The notes: generated by a model not told the origin, from the letters alone. A stretch of 64,000 nt of DNA from Promethearchaeota archaeon (GCA_016840085.1 JAEOTA010000014.1:31025-95024); one strand, 5' to 3'; counted from the stretch's first letter, positions 1-11,210 are shown. Numbers and translations are program-made.

Positions 1-103
1 ATCAATTAAAGTCTAATAGAATCTTATAAAACCGGATATAATAAAAAAATACTTGAATAGAATATAATAATAAGGTTGCCGTAATATACTTTTTAGTAGT
101 AAT

Positions 104-1903
104 CTACCTCATTAACTCTTCTAATTGATTGACAAAATCTGCATATTGTTTAATTCCTAATTCCCAAAAATCTTGTTTCGTGATATCTAATCCAACAATC
201 TTTCCTAAATCTTCTGGAGATAAACTGCCTCCTGCTGCAAGAAGTTTTTTAAATTTTGGTACAAATTCCTTTCCTTCCCTTTTAAATGTTTGATATAATG
301 CATAAACAAATAATTGAGCATATACATAGGGATAATTATAAAAGCGAAAATTTGGGATAAAGTAATGCGGTTTCATTGTCCACTCCCAGTCCATCTCTTC
401 AAACCATTCAACAGAATCTCCATATATTTTGTCTCTACCAGCACACCAATATTTAGAAATCGTTTTCCCATCTAGGTTTTCACCTCTTTCAATGGCTTTA
501 TAAAGTTCTTGTTCAAACCATACTCTTGCACTCACTTGGAACGCAGCTTGTCCTGCGTCGTCTAATACATGTGCTAAAATCGTCATTTTTTCTTCTTTTG
601 AATCTGCCGTATCAAGAAGGAGATCTGTTACTAATAATTCTCCGAAGGTTGATGCTGTCTCTGCTACAGTATACCCTGGATGAATATTAAAATATGTATG
701 TTCTTCGATCGCTAAATAATCATGAATACCATGTCCAAGTTCATGAATAAGTGTAAAAATCTCATTTAATTCTCCAGTATACGTCATAAGAATAAAAGCA
801 GATTTACCCTTATACCATGAAGCACAATTTGCTCCATTTCGCTTACCTTTTCTAGGACTAGCATCAATGTGTTTTTTATCAAACATGTCTTTTACAATTT
901 CAGCAAATTCCGAATCAAACCTTTCATAAGCTTGAATTGCAAGGTTTTTTGCCTGTTCCCATGAATATTTCTTATGGGACGCAATTGGAAGCGGAGCACG
1001 AACATCAGCACAGTTTAAAATTGGTAGATTTAAGATTCTTGCTTTAAGATTTAAGTATTTGTGATAAACTCCTACTCCTCCTTCTATTGTTCTCATCAAA
1101 TTATCGATTATTTCTTGAGTGGTATCATTTACTAAGAGACTATCGTGCATAGGGCTATTATAATTTCTTCTCTTGCTATTTTTTATCCAATCTCCACAAA
1201 TACTTTTAAGTGCTGAAGAAAAAACATACTCCTCTTTTCCTAACAACCCATAAATAGATTTATTTGCCGAAATTCTAGTCTCACTATCTGGGTGGGTAAA
1301 TAAAGCATTAGCTTCTCCATATGACAGCTCTTTATCTTCACCCTCAACATTAACTAGTATTTTTCTGGTATTCAACCATTTAGATTGTAAATTACTCCAT
1401 GCTCTAATACCATATTGATCTTTCTCAAGGATTAGTTGCTCTTCCAATTCAGATAAATAATGAGGATAAGCTCTTTGTATCTTTTCTAACTTATGTTTGT
1501 AATTAGTAAGAATTTGATCATTTATAATATTAATATTTTTCTCTACAAATTTTGCGACCTCTAATTCTAAGAATGCTAAATCCTTTGATATGTTTGTTAC
1601 AAAATCTTCGACTCGATTTTTCAATGTTTCACTTTCTGGTATTGTCATATTTGCACTATATAATCTATTTGAAAAGAGTTTAATTTCATTGAGATCTGCT
1701 TGAAATTTTTCTTGTTTTTCAAAAAGTTCTAATAATTTTCCAGAATTAAACTCAGCATTATCAATTTTTCCTTTATAATCACTTATGAAATCATCGGCTT
1801 CTTTTGAAAGGTTATTCATAGTTTCAGTGATTTTTGGGTCATTATGAGTAGTAAATATTTCAGTTAAATCCCATGCGATTTCTTTTTCAGTCATTTCAAT
1901 CAA
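104..1903 (-). CDS. pepF: Oligoendopeptidase F (peptidase M3B)
   Basis: HELGH zinc motif, AETASTFGE, N-terminal WDLxxIF, HYF..FYNYPY; 599 aa. Confidence 0.92.
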   Translation of the reverse strand: MIEMTEKEIAWDLTEIFTTHNDPKITETMNNLSKEADDFISDYKGKIDNAEFNSGKLLELFEKQEKFQADLNEIKLFSNRLYSANMTIPESETLKNRVEDFVTNISKDLAFLELEVAKFVEKNINIINDQILTNYKHKLEKIQRAYPHYLSELEEQLILEKDQYGIRAWSNLQSKWLNTRKILVNVEGEDKELSYGEANALFTHPDSETRISANKSIYGLLGKEEYVFSSALKSICGDWIKNSKRRNYNSPMHDSLLVNDTTQEIIDNLMRTIEGGVGVYHKYLNLKARILNLPILNCADVRAPLPIASHKKYSWEQAKNLAIQAYERFDSEFAEIVKDMFDKKHIDASPRKGKRNGANCASWYKGKSAFILMTYTGELNEIFTLIHELGHGIHDYLAIEEHTYFNIHPGYTVAETASTFGELLVTDLLLDTADSKEEKMTILAHVLDDAGQAAFQVSARVWFEQELYKAIERGENLDGKTISKYWCAGRDKIYGDSVEWFEEMDWEWTMKPHYFIPNFRFYNYPYVYAQLFVYALYQTFKREGKEFVPKFKKLLAAGGSLSPEDLGKIVGLDITKQDFWELGIKQYADFVNQLEELMR

Positions 1904-2070
1904 GAGGTTTAAAATTAGAAAAATTAAAAACCTTTTCTTTATTTGTAAAAAAATTCTATAAGAATTGAAAAATGAATTTGTCTTCTATAAATGTTTTAAA
2001 AATATAATAATTTTTAAGTGATATTAGTTTGTTTTAAAGTTAGTTCTAATTAATAATGGAGTAATTTGTA

Positions 2071-2754
2071 ATGAAACTTAATAATTGGAAAAAATGGGTG
2101 TACATATTCCATATGATTGGATGTGCCCAATTTATATTATTTACAGTCTTGGGGATGGTGTTTTATACAGGAGGTACTTATAATAACCCTACTACTCCGG
2201 GTTATTCTTTTTTTGCAAACTTTATTAGCGATATAGGTCGAACTGTATCACATTCAGGAGAATCAAATTTTATTGCTTTTCTTTTCTTTAGTATAGCATT
2301 TTTCATAGTTGGCATCTCATTAATGCCCTCATTTTTAGCATTTCCAATTTTCTTTAAAAAAGAACATCGATTAAAATGGATTAGCAATATAGGATCTATT
2401 TTTGGAATTTTCACTGCTTTTTGTTTTGCAGGAATTACTTTTGCTCCGTCTGATATAAATCCTGCAGGACATATCTTTTTTGTTTATGGAGGTTTTCTTT
2501 CAGGGCTGGTACCGTCAATCTTATTTACAATCATCATTTTTCTTAAAAAAGAATATCCTTCACGATATGCTTTTAACTTTATGATATTTGCAATAATTCT
2601 AGTTGGATATGTAATACTATTATTTGCTGGTCCTGATAATTTGGTAATCCAAGTAACGGGGCAAAAAATTGTACTATATAGTTTTGCTATATGCTTATTC
2701 ATCCATGGATATGGTACATGGAAGTTTGAAAAAGAAAGAATTACTAAAGAATAA
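2071..2754 (+). CDS. Multi-pass membrane protein (DUF998/Frag1-like)
   Basis: About 6 hydrophobic segments; YxGG...GYSFxxNFISDIG motif. Confidence 0.6.
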   Translation: MKLNNWKKWVYIFHMIGCAQFILFTVLGMVFYTGGTYNNPTTPGYSFFANFISDIGRTVSHSGESNFIAFLFFSIAFFIVGISLMPSFLAFPIFFKKEHRLKWISNIGSIFGIFTAFCFAGITFAPSDINPAGHIFFVYGGFLSGLVPSILFTIIIFLKKEYPSRYAFNFMIFAIILVGYVILLFAGPDNLVIQVTGQKIVLYSFAICLFIHGYGTWKFEKERITKE

Positions 2755-2774
2755 CAGGAAATAGCTTTTTTTAT

Positions 2775-4334
2775 TTATTCATATTCTATTGTACTTGGTG
2801 GTTTATTAGATATATCATAGACAACACGATTAATGCCTTTTACTTCATTAATAATTCGAGTTCCAATTTTTTCTAATAGATCCATATCAAGTTTAGCGAA
2901 ATTAGCAGTCATGACATCGAGAGATTCGACTGCTCTAATGGCACATATATACTCATAAGTCCTATAATCTCCCATAGTGCCTACAGTTTTTAAGGGGAGA
3001 AATACGCAAAATGCTTGCCATAAACTCTCATATACCCCCGCATTCTTTATTTCTTCGATCAAAATCTCATCTGCATCTCTTAATATCTCGAGCTTTTCCT
3101 TATCTATTGGACCAATAATTCTAACTGCTAACCCAGGTCCAGGGAACGGATGTCTTGTGATAATTTCTTTAGGAACACCCAATTTCATACCAATTCTTCT
3201 AACTTCATCTTTATATAAATCTTTCAATGGTTCGATAATTTCCAACTTCATATTATCTGGGAGAGTTAAGTTATGGTGTGATTTTATTTTTGCAGAAGCT
3301 TTACTTGTGGCACTAGTTTCTACGCGATCAGGATAAATAGTGCCTTGGGCTAGATACTTAATGTCGGGATACGTTTTTTCAAGTTCAATAGTTTTATGTT
3401 CAAAAACTTCAATAAATGAATGACCAATAATTCTACGTTTTTCCTCTGGATCTTCAATATCTTTAAGTCTTTCTAAAAACAAATTTTCAGCATCCACATA
3501 ATGGAAGTTCTTAAAATTTAGTTTGCTTTCAAATGTATTCTGGACATCAATATGTTCATTTTTTCTTAGAAGACCATTATTTACAAAAATAGAATGTAGT
3601 CTATCTCCGATTGCTTTATGTATTAAAATTGCTGTTACTGAGGAATCTATGCCCCCACTTAACCCTAAGATTACTCTATTATCTGAACCTACTTCATTTA
3701 TAATGTTTTCAATTGTTTGTTCAATCCAATTTTCCATTTTCCATTCTTTTTTACAATTGGCAATTTTAAAGATGAAATTCTCAAGAATTATATTTCCTTT
3801 AGGAGTATTTACTACTTCAGGATGAAATTGGACCCCAAATAACATTTTTTCTTCATTCCCATAAGCAGCAATAGGGCAAGTTTCTGTTTTAGCATAAATT
3901 TTGAATCCATTAGCCATTTTTGTAATTTGATCTCCATGAGACATCCATACAATCTCTTCCTTTCCTAATGTATCAAATAATAAATTTTCTCCCAGAATTT
4001 TTAAATTAACTTTCCCATATTCTTTTTTTTGCTTCTGTTCTACTTTTCCTCCTAAAATTTGCATAATTACATGATGCCCATAACAAATTCCTAAAACTGG
4101 AATTTTATTATCAAATGTAAACTTAAAAAAGTCTTTAGATAAATTTGGACTGTTATCTTCATAGACACTACTAGGTCCACCTGAAAGGATTATAGCTTTT
4201 GGTTTAGTTTCCTTAATTTTCTTATAGTTGATATCAAAAGGTAAAATTTCAGCGTACACACCTAAATCTCTAACTCGTCTGGTAATTAAATGAGTATACT
4301 GCCCACCAAAATCTATAATGAGAACATTATCCAT
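2775..4334 (-). CDS. guaA: GMP synthase (glutamine-hydrolysing), fused GATase + synthetase
   Basis: DFGGQY, LGICYG, QFHPE, LSGGIDSSV, IKSHHN, HPFPGPGL, KPPSTIEYE. Confidence 0.97.
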   Translation of the reverse strand: MDNVLIIDFGGQYTHLITRRVRDLGVYAEILPFDINYKKIKETKPKAIILSGGPSSVYEDNSPNLSKDFFKFTFDNKIPVLGICYGHHVIMQILGGKVEQKQKKEYGKVNLKILGENLLFDTLGKEEIVWMSHGDQITKMANGFKIYAKTETCPIAAYGNEEKMLFGVQFHPEVVNTPKGNIILENFIFKIANCKKEWKMENWIEQTIENIINEVGSDNRVILGLSGGIDSSVTAILIHKAIGDRLHSIFVNNGLLRKNEHIDVQNTFESKLNFKNFHYVDAENLFLERLKDIEDPEEKRRIIGHSFIEVFEHKTIELEKTYPDIKYLAQGTIYPDRVETSATSKASAKIKSHHNLTLPDNMKLEIIEPLKDLYKDEVRRIGMKLGVPKEIITRHPFPGPGLAVRIIGPIDKEKLEILRDADEILIEEIKNAGVYESLWQAFCVFLPLKTVGTMGDYRTYEYICAIRAVESLDVMTANFAKLDMDLLEKIGTRIINEVKGINRVVYDISNKPPSTIEYE

Positions 4335-4692
4335 AATATTTACAAGTTTTTTTATCCGATTTGAAAATTAAGCAAGATAAATAATTATTTAATTGAAAGT
4401 TTTTTTAGGTTTAATATTTAATAAGCAATCTAAAAAAAATAATTTTTCCAAATAATCATATACTTTTTCTAAGCTAAAATCTTAAATAATTTGGATATTT
4501 AAAAATGATTAAATATATCAGAATACATAGAATGTGATTTTATTTATTCGCAACGCTAAAATTGGGGAACTAATTCCCGTGACCATTATATTTAATAATT
4601 CAATTTTTTTAAATTGAAATATCCCTTCAGTTATATGATAAATCTGTTAAAAGTTATTTATTAATTCAAATTTAAATTTAAGATGATTAATA

Positions 4693-5571
4693 ATGCCATA
4701 TAAAATATTAAAAAAAATTCGACTTGGCAATAGTGGTACTTTATATGAAATTGATATCGATGCTCCATTAATTGCTATGAAAGCATTTGCAGGCAATTTT
4801 GTATTAATTCGAATTAATGAGAAAGGCGAAAGAATCCCTCTAACCATAGCAGATTATGATAGAGAAATGGGAATTATTACAATTGTTTTTCAAGTCGTTG
4901 GAAAATCTACATTATTACTTTCTCATCAAAACGTCGGTGATGAAATCTTAGATGTTGTTGGACCATTGGGGAACAAGCTCCATATTGAAAAGTATGACAA
5001 TCCAATAATTATAATTGGTGGTGGTGTTGGTATTGCTTCTTGTTTTCCTCAAGCAAAGGAATTGAAGCAAGCAAGTAATAGGATCATTTCGATATTAGGG
5101 GCTAGAACTAAAGATCTTTTGTTTTGGAAAGATAAAATGGCTAAAGTTTGTGAACAAGTAATTATCTGTACTAATGATGGAAGTGAAGGCATAAAAGGAT
5201 TTGTGACATATCCCCTAAGAAAAATACTCACAGAAGAAAAAATAAGTTTAGTTATTGCTATTGGTCCTATGATAATGATGAAAAACGTTGCAGAACTAAC
5301 AAGTGGTATTGAAGGGTTACCAAAAGTAAAGACTAATGTATCACTAAATACTATAATGATAGATGGTACAGGCATGTGTGGAGGGTGTCGATTCCCTTCA
5401 AAAGATGGAGAGATCCATTTTGCTTGTGTTGAAGGTCCAGATGTTGATGGGCATATAGTTGATTTTGATATTCTGTTAAACAGAGAAAAGAGATTTACGG
5501 AGCATGAAAAAAAATCTTTTGAATTATATAAAAAAGAATGTAAAATCCTAAAAGAATTTGAAACTAATTAA
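4693..5571 (+). CDS. nfnA: NADH-dependent reduced ferredoxin:NADP+ oxidoreductase small subunit (NfnA/SudB)
   Basis: GERIPLTIAD, GPLG, GGGVG, DGTGMCGGCR..CVEGP [2Fe-2S] motif. Confidence 0.9.
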   Translation: MPYKILKKIRLGNSGTLYEIDIDAPLIAMKAFAGNFVLIRINEKGERIPLTIADYDREMGIITIVFQVVGKSTLLLSHQNVGDEILDVVGPLGNKLHIEKYDNPIIIIGGGVGIASCFPQAKELKQASNRIISILGARTKDLLFWKDKMAKVCEQVIICTNDGSEGIKGFVTYPLRKILTEEKISLVIAIGPMIMMKNVAELTSGIEGLPKVKTNVSLNTIMIDGTGMCGGCRFPSKDGEIHFACVEGPDVDGHIVDFDILLNREKRFTEHEKKSFELYKKECKILKEFETN

Positions 5572-5591
5572 AAATCTAAAAAGGGACTTCT

Positions 5592-6986
5592 ATGGCAAAA
5601 ATACCACCAAGACAAAAAATGAGGGAGCAAAACCCTAATAGTAGAATATATAATTTTCAAGAAGTTGCACAGGGCTTCACTAAAGAAATGGCTATAAAAG
5701 AAGCTGAGAGATGTCTACAATGTGATGAACCTAAGTGTATAAATGGATGTCCTGTTAATATTGATATTCCAAAATTCATTAGACTCATTAAAGAAAATGA
5801 TTATTTAGAAGCAATTCGGAGCATTAAAGAATACAATATATTACCTGCTATATGTGGTAGAGTCTGTCCTCAAGAAATTCAGTGTGAGAAAGCATGTATT
5901 CTTAGTAAAAAGTGGGACCCGGTTGCGATCGGGGCTCTTGAGAGATTTTTAGCAGATTGGGAAAGAAAAAATCAATTAAAAGAATGTCCCGATTGTGAGG
6001 TTCCAAATCATATTAAAGTTGCTGTTATTGGTTCAGGTCCCGCAAGTTTAACTTGTGCTGCAGACCTCGCTAAATATGGATTTGATGTAACCATCTTTGA
6101 AGCATTTCACACAGGTGGAGGTGTTTTAGTTTATGGTATTCCAGAATTTAGGCTCCCCAAAGAAATTGTTGAGAATGAGATAGAAACCTTGAAAATGTTA
6201 GGTGTAAAAATTGAATATAACATTATTATTGGCAAAACTTTAACTATTAATGATTTAAAGAATATGGGTTTTATGGCTATTTTTATAGGTGTAGGGGCGG
6301 GTGTACCTTTAATACCCAAGATCCCTGGATTAAATCTAAATAGTGTTCTTACTGCAAATGAGTTTCTTACTAGAACAAATTTAATGAAAGCCTATAAATT
6401 TCCAGAATATGACACCCCTATAAAAATTGGAAAAATTGTTATTGTTGTCGGTGGTGGAAATACAGCTTTGGATTCTGCACGTGTTGCCCTAAGACTTGGT
6501 GCTGAAAAAGTAATAATAGCATATAGAAGAAGTGAAGCTGAAATGCCCGCAAGAAAGGAAGAATATCACCATGCTGTAGAAGAAGGGATAGAATTCAAAT
6601 TTTTAACCAATCCTGTAAAAATTTTAGGAGATAAAGACAGCAATGTGAAAGAAATTGAATTTATTAAAATGGAATTAGGAGAATATGATGAATCTGGACG
6701 GCGAAGACCTATTCCTATAGAGAATTCAGAATTCAAAATAAAATGTGATACAGTGATTTTAGCGATTGGTGCCCTCGCAAATCCAATACTAATAAAATCT
6801 ATTCCCGAAATAAAATTAAATAAAAGGGGCTATATCCAAGTGGATGAAAACGGAATGACTAATATAGAAGGTATTTTTGCGGGGGGAGATATTGTATCAG
6901 GATCAGCAACTGTCATAAGTGCTATGGGTGCTGGACGTAAAGCAGCTGAGGCAATAAATCGATATTTAAAGTCGAGTTTAGAATAA
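5592..6986 (+). CDS. nfnB: Nfn large subunit (NfnB/SudA; GltD-like)
   Basis: CxxCxxxxCxxxCP, CGRVCPQExQCExxC, GSGPA, YGIPEFRLP, GGGNTA, GGDIV; directly downstream of nfnA. Confidence 0.9.
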   Translation: MAKIPPRQKMREQNPNSRIYNFQEVAQGFTKEMAIKEAERCLQCDEPKCINGCPVNIDIPKFIRLIKENDYLEAIRSIKEYNILPAICGRVCPQEIQCEKACILSKKWDPVAIGALERFLADWERKNQLKECPDCEVPNHIKVAVIGSGPASLTCAADLAKYGFDVTIFEAFHTGGGVLVYGIPEFRLPKEIVENEIETLKMLGVKIEYNIIIGKTLTINDLKNMGFMAIFIGVGAGVPLIPKIPGLNLNSVLTANEFLTRTNLMKAYKFPEYDTPIKIGKIVIVVGGGNTALDSARVALRLGAEKVIIAYRRSEAEMPARKEEYHHAVEEGIEFKFLTNPVKILGDKDSNVKEIEFIKMELGEYDESGRRRPIPIENSEFKIKCDTVILAIGALANPILIKSIPEIKLNKRGYIQVDENGMTNIEGIFAGGDIVSGSATVISAMGAGRKAAEAINRYLKSSLE

Positions 6987-7118
6987 AATTCTTTCAGTAG
7001 ACCTAGACTTTTTTATTTTTGATAAGACATAACTATTTATATTGTGAATAAAATTGAAATTTATTTAGATTGTTTATATAAATATTAGGTTTATTGAAAA
7101 AAGACTAATATATGTGAG

Positions 7119-8375
7119 ATGAAGATGACTGAAGAATTAGATCCTTTTAAGATTTCTCAAAAACAACTGTATAAAGCCTGCACGGTTAGTGGATGTGGAA
7201 GTGAAGTGTATACTGCCTTGAGTGAACCCGAAAGATTTATTGAAGTAAAAATCCTTATGAAAATGGACGATGGTTCATTAAAAGCTTTTAAAGGTTTTAG
7301 ATCTCAATATAATTCCGCTAGAGGACCTATGAAAGGTGGTATCAGATGGCATCCTGATGAAAGCGCGTCTCTTGTGAAAGCATTATCTGCATGGATGACT
7401 TGGAAATGTGCGTGTGTAGACATTCCGTTAGGAGGCGCTAAGGGAGGCATAATTGTCAACCCGAAAGAAATGAGCGGTAGGGAACTTGAATCACTAGCTA
7501 GAAATTATATAAGGCAAATTGCAGATTTTATTGGACCGAATATTGATGTACCGGCTCCCGACGTTTACACTAATCCTCAGATCATGGCTTACATGATGGA
7601 TGAGTACGAAAAAATCATGCGAGTGCATGCGCCCTCAGCTATTACGGGTAAACCTTTGCCGTTAGGTGGTAGTGCAGGCAGATTAATCGCTACAGCTAAA
7701 GGAGGTTCTTTCTGTATTAGAGAAGCGGCAAAAGACATCGGATTGAATCTAAATGAAGCGAAGGTCGTCATACAAGGATTTGGAAATGCAGGTTCGTGGG
7801 CTTCAAAAATTTTGATTCGGGATTTTAATTGTAAGGTAATTGCGGTATCTGATTCTAAGGGAGGAATATATAACAAAAATGGGCTTGATCCAAATAAAGT
7901 TATAGATCATAAAGAAAAAACATCTACAGTATTAGGTGTAAAAGAGACTCAAGAGATTACAAATGAAGAATTATTAGAATTAGAGTGTGATATATTAATT
8001 CCTGCCGCGTTAGAAAATGTTATTACGAAAAAAAACGTAAATAATGTACATTGTAAAATCCTCGCAGAACTTGCAAATGGGCCAACTACGCCTGAGGCAG
8101 ATGAGGTTTTATTTAATAATGGGATTCTCGTAATTCCTGATTTTTTATGTAATGCGGGAGGCGTTACTGTTTCATATTTAGAAATGGTTCAAGGCTATTA
8201 TCAATACTTTTGGTCTGAAGACGAGGTACTTGCAGCTTTAGATCGTACGATGACTAAAGCATACCATGAAACTGTTGAAAAAGCAAAAGAATATAATACT
8301 CACAACCGACTAGGTGCTTATACAATAGCAGTTGATAGAGTTATAAATGCTATGGAATTACGCGGTTGGATATAA
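7119..8375 (+). CDS. gdhA: Glutamate dehydrogenase (Glu/Leu/Phe/Val family), copy 1
   Basis: [39 protein letters not shown]. Confidence 0.92.
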   Translation: MKMTEELDPFKISQKQLYKACTVSGCGSEVYTALSEPERFIEVKILMKMDDGSLKAFKGFRSQYNSARGPMKGGIRWHPDESASLVKALSAWMTWKCACVDIPLGGAKGGIIVNPKEMSGRELESLARNYIRQIADFIGPNIDVPAPDVYTNPQIMAYMMDEYEKIMRVHAPSAITGKPLPLGGSAGRLIATAKGGSFCIREAAKDIGLNLNEAKVVIQGFGNAGSWASKILIRDFNCKVIAVSDSKGGIYNKNGLDPNKVIDHKEKTSTVLGVKETQEITNEELLELECDILIPAALENVITKKNVNNVHCKILAELANGPTTPEADEVLFNNGILVIPDFLCNAGGVTVSYLEMVQGYYQYFWSEDEVLAALDRTMTKAYHETVEKAKEYNTHNRLGAYTIAVDRVINAMELRGWI

Positions 8376-8539
8376 TTAGAATAAAAATTGCTGAAAAATT
8401 TTTATAAATTTATAGGATTTATTAGACAAATTACTAATTTTTTATTACTATTTCTTAATATTATTAAAAAAAATTTAATTTTAAATATTTATCAAAATAT
8501 TAGCTAATTATAATAGAAATAATTCGTGTTGTAAAAATT

Positions 8540-9793
8540 TTGATTGATATTAATCCGTTTGAAAGTGCTAAAAAGAAACTAGATATTGCTGCAAGATTAA
8601 TAGATCTAAATTCAAACACTTTAGAATATCTAAAAAAAGTAGAGAGAGCATTAATCGTTTCTATTCCTATTCTTATGGATGACGGTTCTCTTAAAATTTT
8701 TGAAGGATATAGGGTTCATCACTCAACCTTAAGAGGTCCAGCAAAAGGAGGTATAAGATATTCTCCAGATGTTACCCTTGACGAAATTAAAGCTTTAGCG
8801 TTTTTAATGACCTTTAAAACAAGTCTTTTAAACTTACCTTTTGGAGGTTCTAAAGGTGGTGTTTGTATAGATACTAAAAAATTTTCGAATAGTGAATTAG
8901 AAAAATTAACTAGAAGATATACTGCTGAGATTATTAATATGATTGGCCCCGATATAGATATTCCGGCACCAGATATGTATACAGATTCAACAATTATGGC
9001 TTGGATCATGGATACATATAGTATGCAAAAAGGACGAACTATTCCGGGTGTGGTAACTGGTAAACCTATTGAAATTGGAGGTTCTGTAGGAAGAATTGAA
9101 GCCCCTGGAACAGGAATAACATATTTGCTAGATCACTTGTGTCAGAGATTAAATTATGATTTAACAAAAATGAAAGTTGTAATCCAAGGGTTTGGGAAAG
9201 TAGGATCTGTTGTTGCTAAGCAATTATGTACAACAAATTGTAATATAATTGCAGTTTCTGAAAAAGAGGGGGGAATATTTTCGCCGGATGGCTTAGATAT
9301 TGACGATTTAATTTCATGGAAACAACAGGGAAATCTATTAAAAGATTATGAAGGAAAAAATATTAATCCAATAACTAATGATGACTTACTAAAAACTAAA
9401 TGCGATGTTTTAATTCCTGCTGCTGTTGAAAATCAAATATATAGCAAAAATGCGGATAAAATCGATTGCAAAATTATATTGGAGGGTGCAAATAGTCCAA
9501 CAACATCCCAAGCAGATGCAATCTTGAATGAAAAAGGAGTAATTATCGTTCCAGATATTCTAGCAAATAGTGGGGGCGTATGTGTTTCATATTTTGAATA
9601 TATACAAGACATCCACAGCTATTTTTGGGGATTAGATCGTGTTAATAGAGAAATGAAAAATATTCTCATTAAATCTTTTGAAGATGTCTATATAATTTCA
9701 AAGGAAATGCATACAACACTCAGAACAGCAGCATTTGCTATTGGAGCAAAAAGATTAGCGAAAGCACATGAATTAAGAGGTTTATTTCCATAA
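8540..9793 (+). CDS. Glutamate dehydrogenase family, copy 2 (several motif substitutions)
   Basis: GPAKGGIR, GGSKGG, TGKP present; GRIEAPG and QGFGKVG deviate from consensus. Confidence 0.88.
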   Translation: MIDINPFESAKKKLDIAARLIDLNSNTLEYLKKVERALIVSIPILMDDGSLKIFEGYRVHHSTLRGPAKGGIRYSPDVTLDEIKALAFLMTFKTSLLNLPFGGSKGGVCIDTKKFSNSELEKLTRRYTAEIINMIGPDIDIPAPDMYTDSTIMAWIMDTYSMQKGRTIPGVVTGKPIEIGGSVGRIEAPGTGITYLLDHLCQRLNYDLTKMKVVIQGFGKVGSVVAKQLCTTNCNIIAVSEKEGGIFSPDGLDIDDLISWKQQGNLLKDYEGKNINPITNDDLLKTKCDVLIPAAVENQIYSKNADKIDCKIILEGANSPTTSQADAILNEKGVIIVPDILANSGGVCVSYFEYIQDIHSYFWGLDRVNREMKNILIKSFEDVYIISKEMHTTLRTAAFAIGAKRLAKAHELRGLFP

Positions 9794-9944
9794 TCTTTTA
9801 TAATCAAATCTTAAAGATTGATTAAATCTGTGATTTAAATAAATTTTAATATGATTAAAAAGGTATTTCAAAAAAAAATAAGTAAAGGTTACCAGAAAAA
9901 AAATCTAAAAATACAGTTTAAGAAATTGAATAATATTAAAAATA

Positions 9945-11210
9945 TTGGAGTTAAATAAGATGGAAATAAATCCTTTTGAAATAGTCCAAAAACAGATAGA
10001 TGTAGTCTTAGAAGAAATAAGCTTAGATCCTAATACTGGTCAGTTTTTAAGAAGAATCGAGCGTTCATTAATAGTTTCGATCCCAATTATGATGGATGAT
10101 GGGAAAATGAAAATTTTTGAAGGATATAGAGTACATCATTCTACAATACGAGGACCAGGAAAGGGAGGTATAAGATATTCTCCACATGTTAATCTCGATG
10201 AAGTAAAAGCTCTAGCAACTTGGATGACATGGAAAACAAGCCTTTTAAACTTACCTTTAGGAGGCGCTAAAGGAGGTATATGTGTGGATCCCATGAAATT
10301 ATCTAAAAGAGAATTAGAAAGATTAACAAGAAGATATACAGCTGAAATAATTAATATTATTGGACCGGATATAGATATTCCTGCTCCTGATATGAATACT
10401 AATGCTCAAGTTATGGCATGGATTATGGATGTATATAGCATGCAAAAAGGAAGAACAATTCCAGGAGTTGTGACCGGAAAACCTATTGAAATAGGTGGAT
10501 CTGTGGGTAGAGAAAGTGCTACGGGTATGGGTATGTTTTATGTGCTTCAAGCATCATGCAATAAATTAGATATTGATTTAAAATCGATGAGGATTATAAT
10601 TCAAGGATTTGGTAATGTTGGAGGTTGGATTGCTAATATATTATATGAAAATGGTAGTAAAATTCTTGCAGTTTCAGATATATCAGGCGGAATTTTTTCT
10701 GAAAATGGGCTTAATATTAAAGAATTATTAGAATGGAGAAACCAAGGAAAATTATTGAAAGATTTTCAAAAAAATAATCATAAGCATATTACAAATGAAG
10801 AATTACTTACACAAGAGTGTGATGTTTTGATTCCAGCAGCCTTAGAGAATCAAATAACTGAAATTAATGCCGATAAAATAAATTGCAAGATTGTATTAGA
10901 AGGCGCAAACGGCCCTACAACTCCAGATGCGGATAAAATTCTCTATAATAAAGGAATCTATGTAATTCCTGATATTTTAGCTAATTCTGGTGGTGTTTGC
11001 GTATCTTATTTTGAATATATTCAAGATATTCATAGTTACTTTTGGGATTTAGACCGTGTGAATCAAGAACTTAAAAAGATCATTGTAGACGCATTTGAGA
11101 GCGTATATAGTGTCTCAAAAGAAAGAAATCTGCCCTTAAGGACAGCCGCTTATATAATTGCCCTTTCTCGTGTAGCAAAAGCCATTGAATTAAGAGGTAT
11201 TTTTCCATAA
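9945..11210 (+). CDS. gdhA: Glutamate dehydrogenase family, copy 3 (start may be ATG at 9960)
   Basis: GPGKGGIR, MTWK, GGAKGG, GRESATG, QGFGNVG, EGANGP. Confidence 0.92.
   Translation: MELNKMEINPFEIVQKQIDVVLEEISLDPNTGQFLRRIERSLIVSIPIMMDDGKMKIFEGYRVHHSTIRGPGKGGIRYSPHVNLDEVKALATWMTWKTSLLNLPLGGAKGGICVDPMKLSKRELERLTRRYTAEIINIIGPDIDIPAPDMNTNAQVMAWIMDVYSMQKGRTIPGVVTGKPIEIGGSVGRESATGMGMFYVLQASCNKLDIDLKSMRIIIQGFGNVGGWIANILYENGSKILAVSDISGGIFSENGLNIKELLEWRNQGKLLKDFQKNNHKHITNEELLTQECDVLIPAALENQITEINADKINCKIVLEGANGPTTPDADKILYNKGIYVIPDILANSGGVCVSYFEYIQDIHSYFWDLDRVNQELKKIIVDAFESVYSVSKERNLPLRTAAYIIALSRVAKAIELRGIFP

Noticed and set aside
5592-6986. Glutamate synthase small subunit of a GltBD enzyme
   Set aside because: No gltB here; adjacency to the NfnA-type gene favours NfnB
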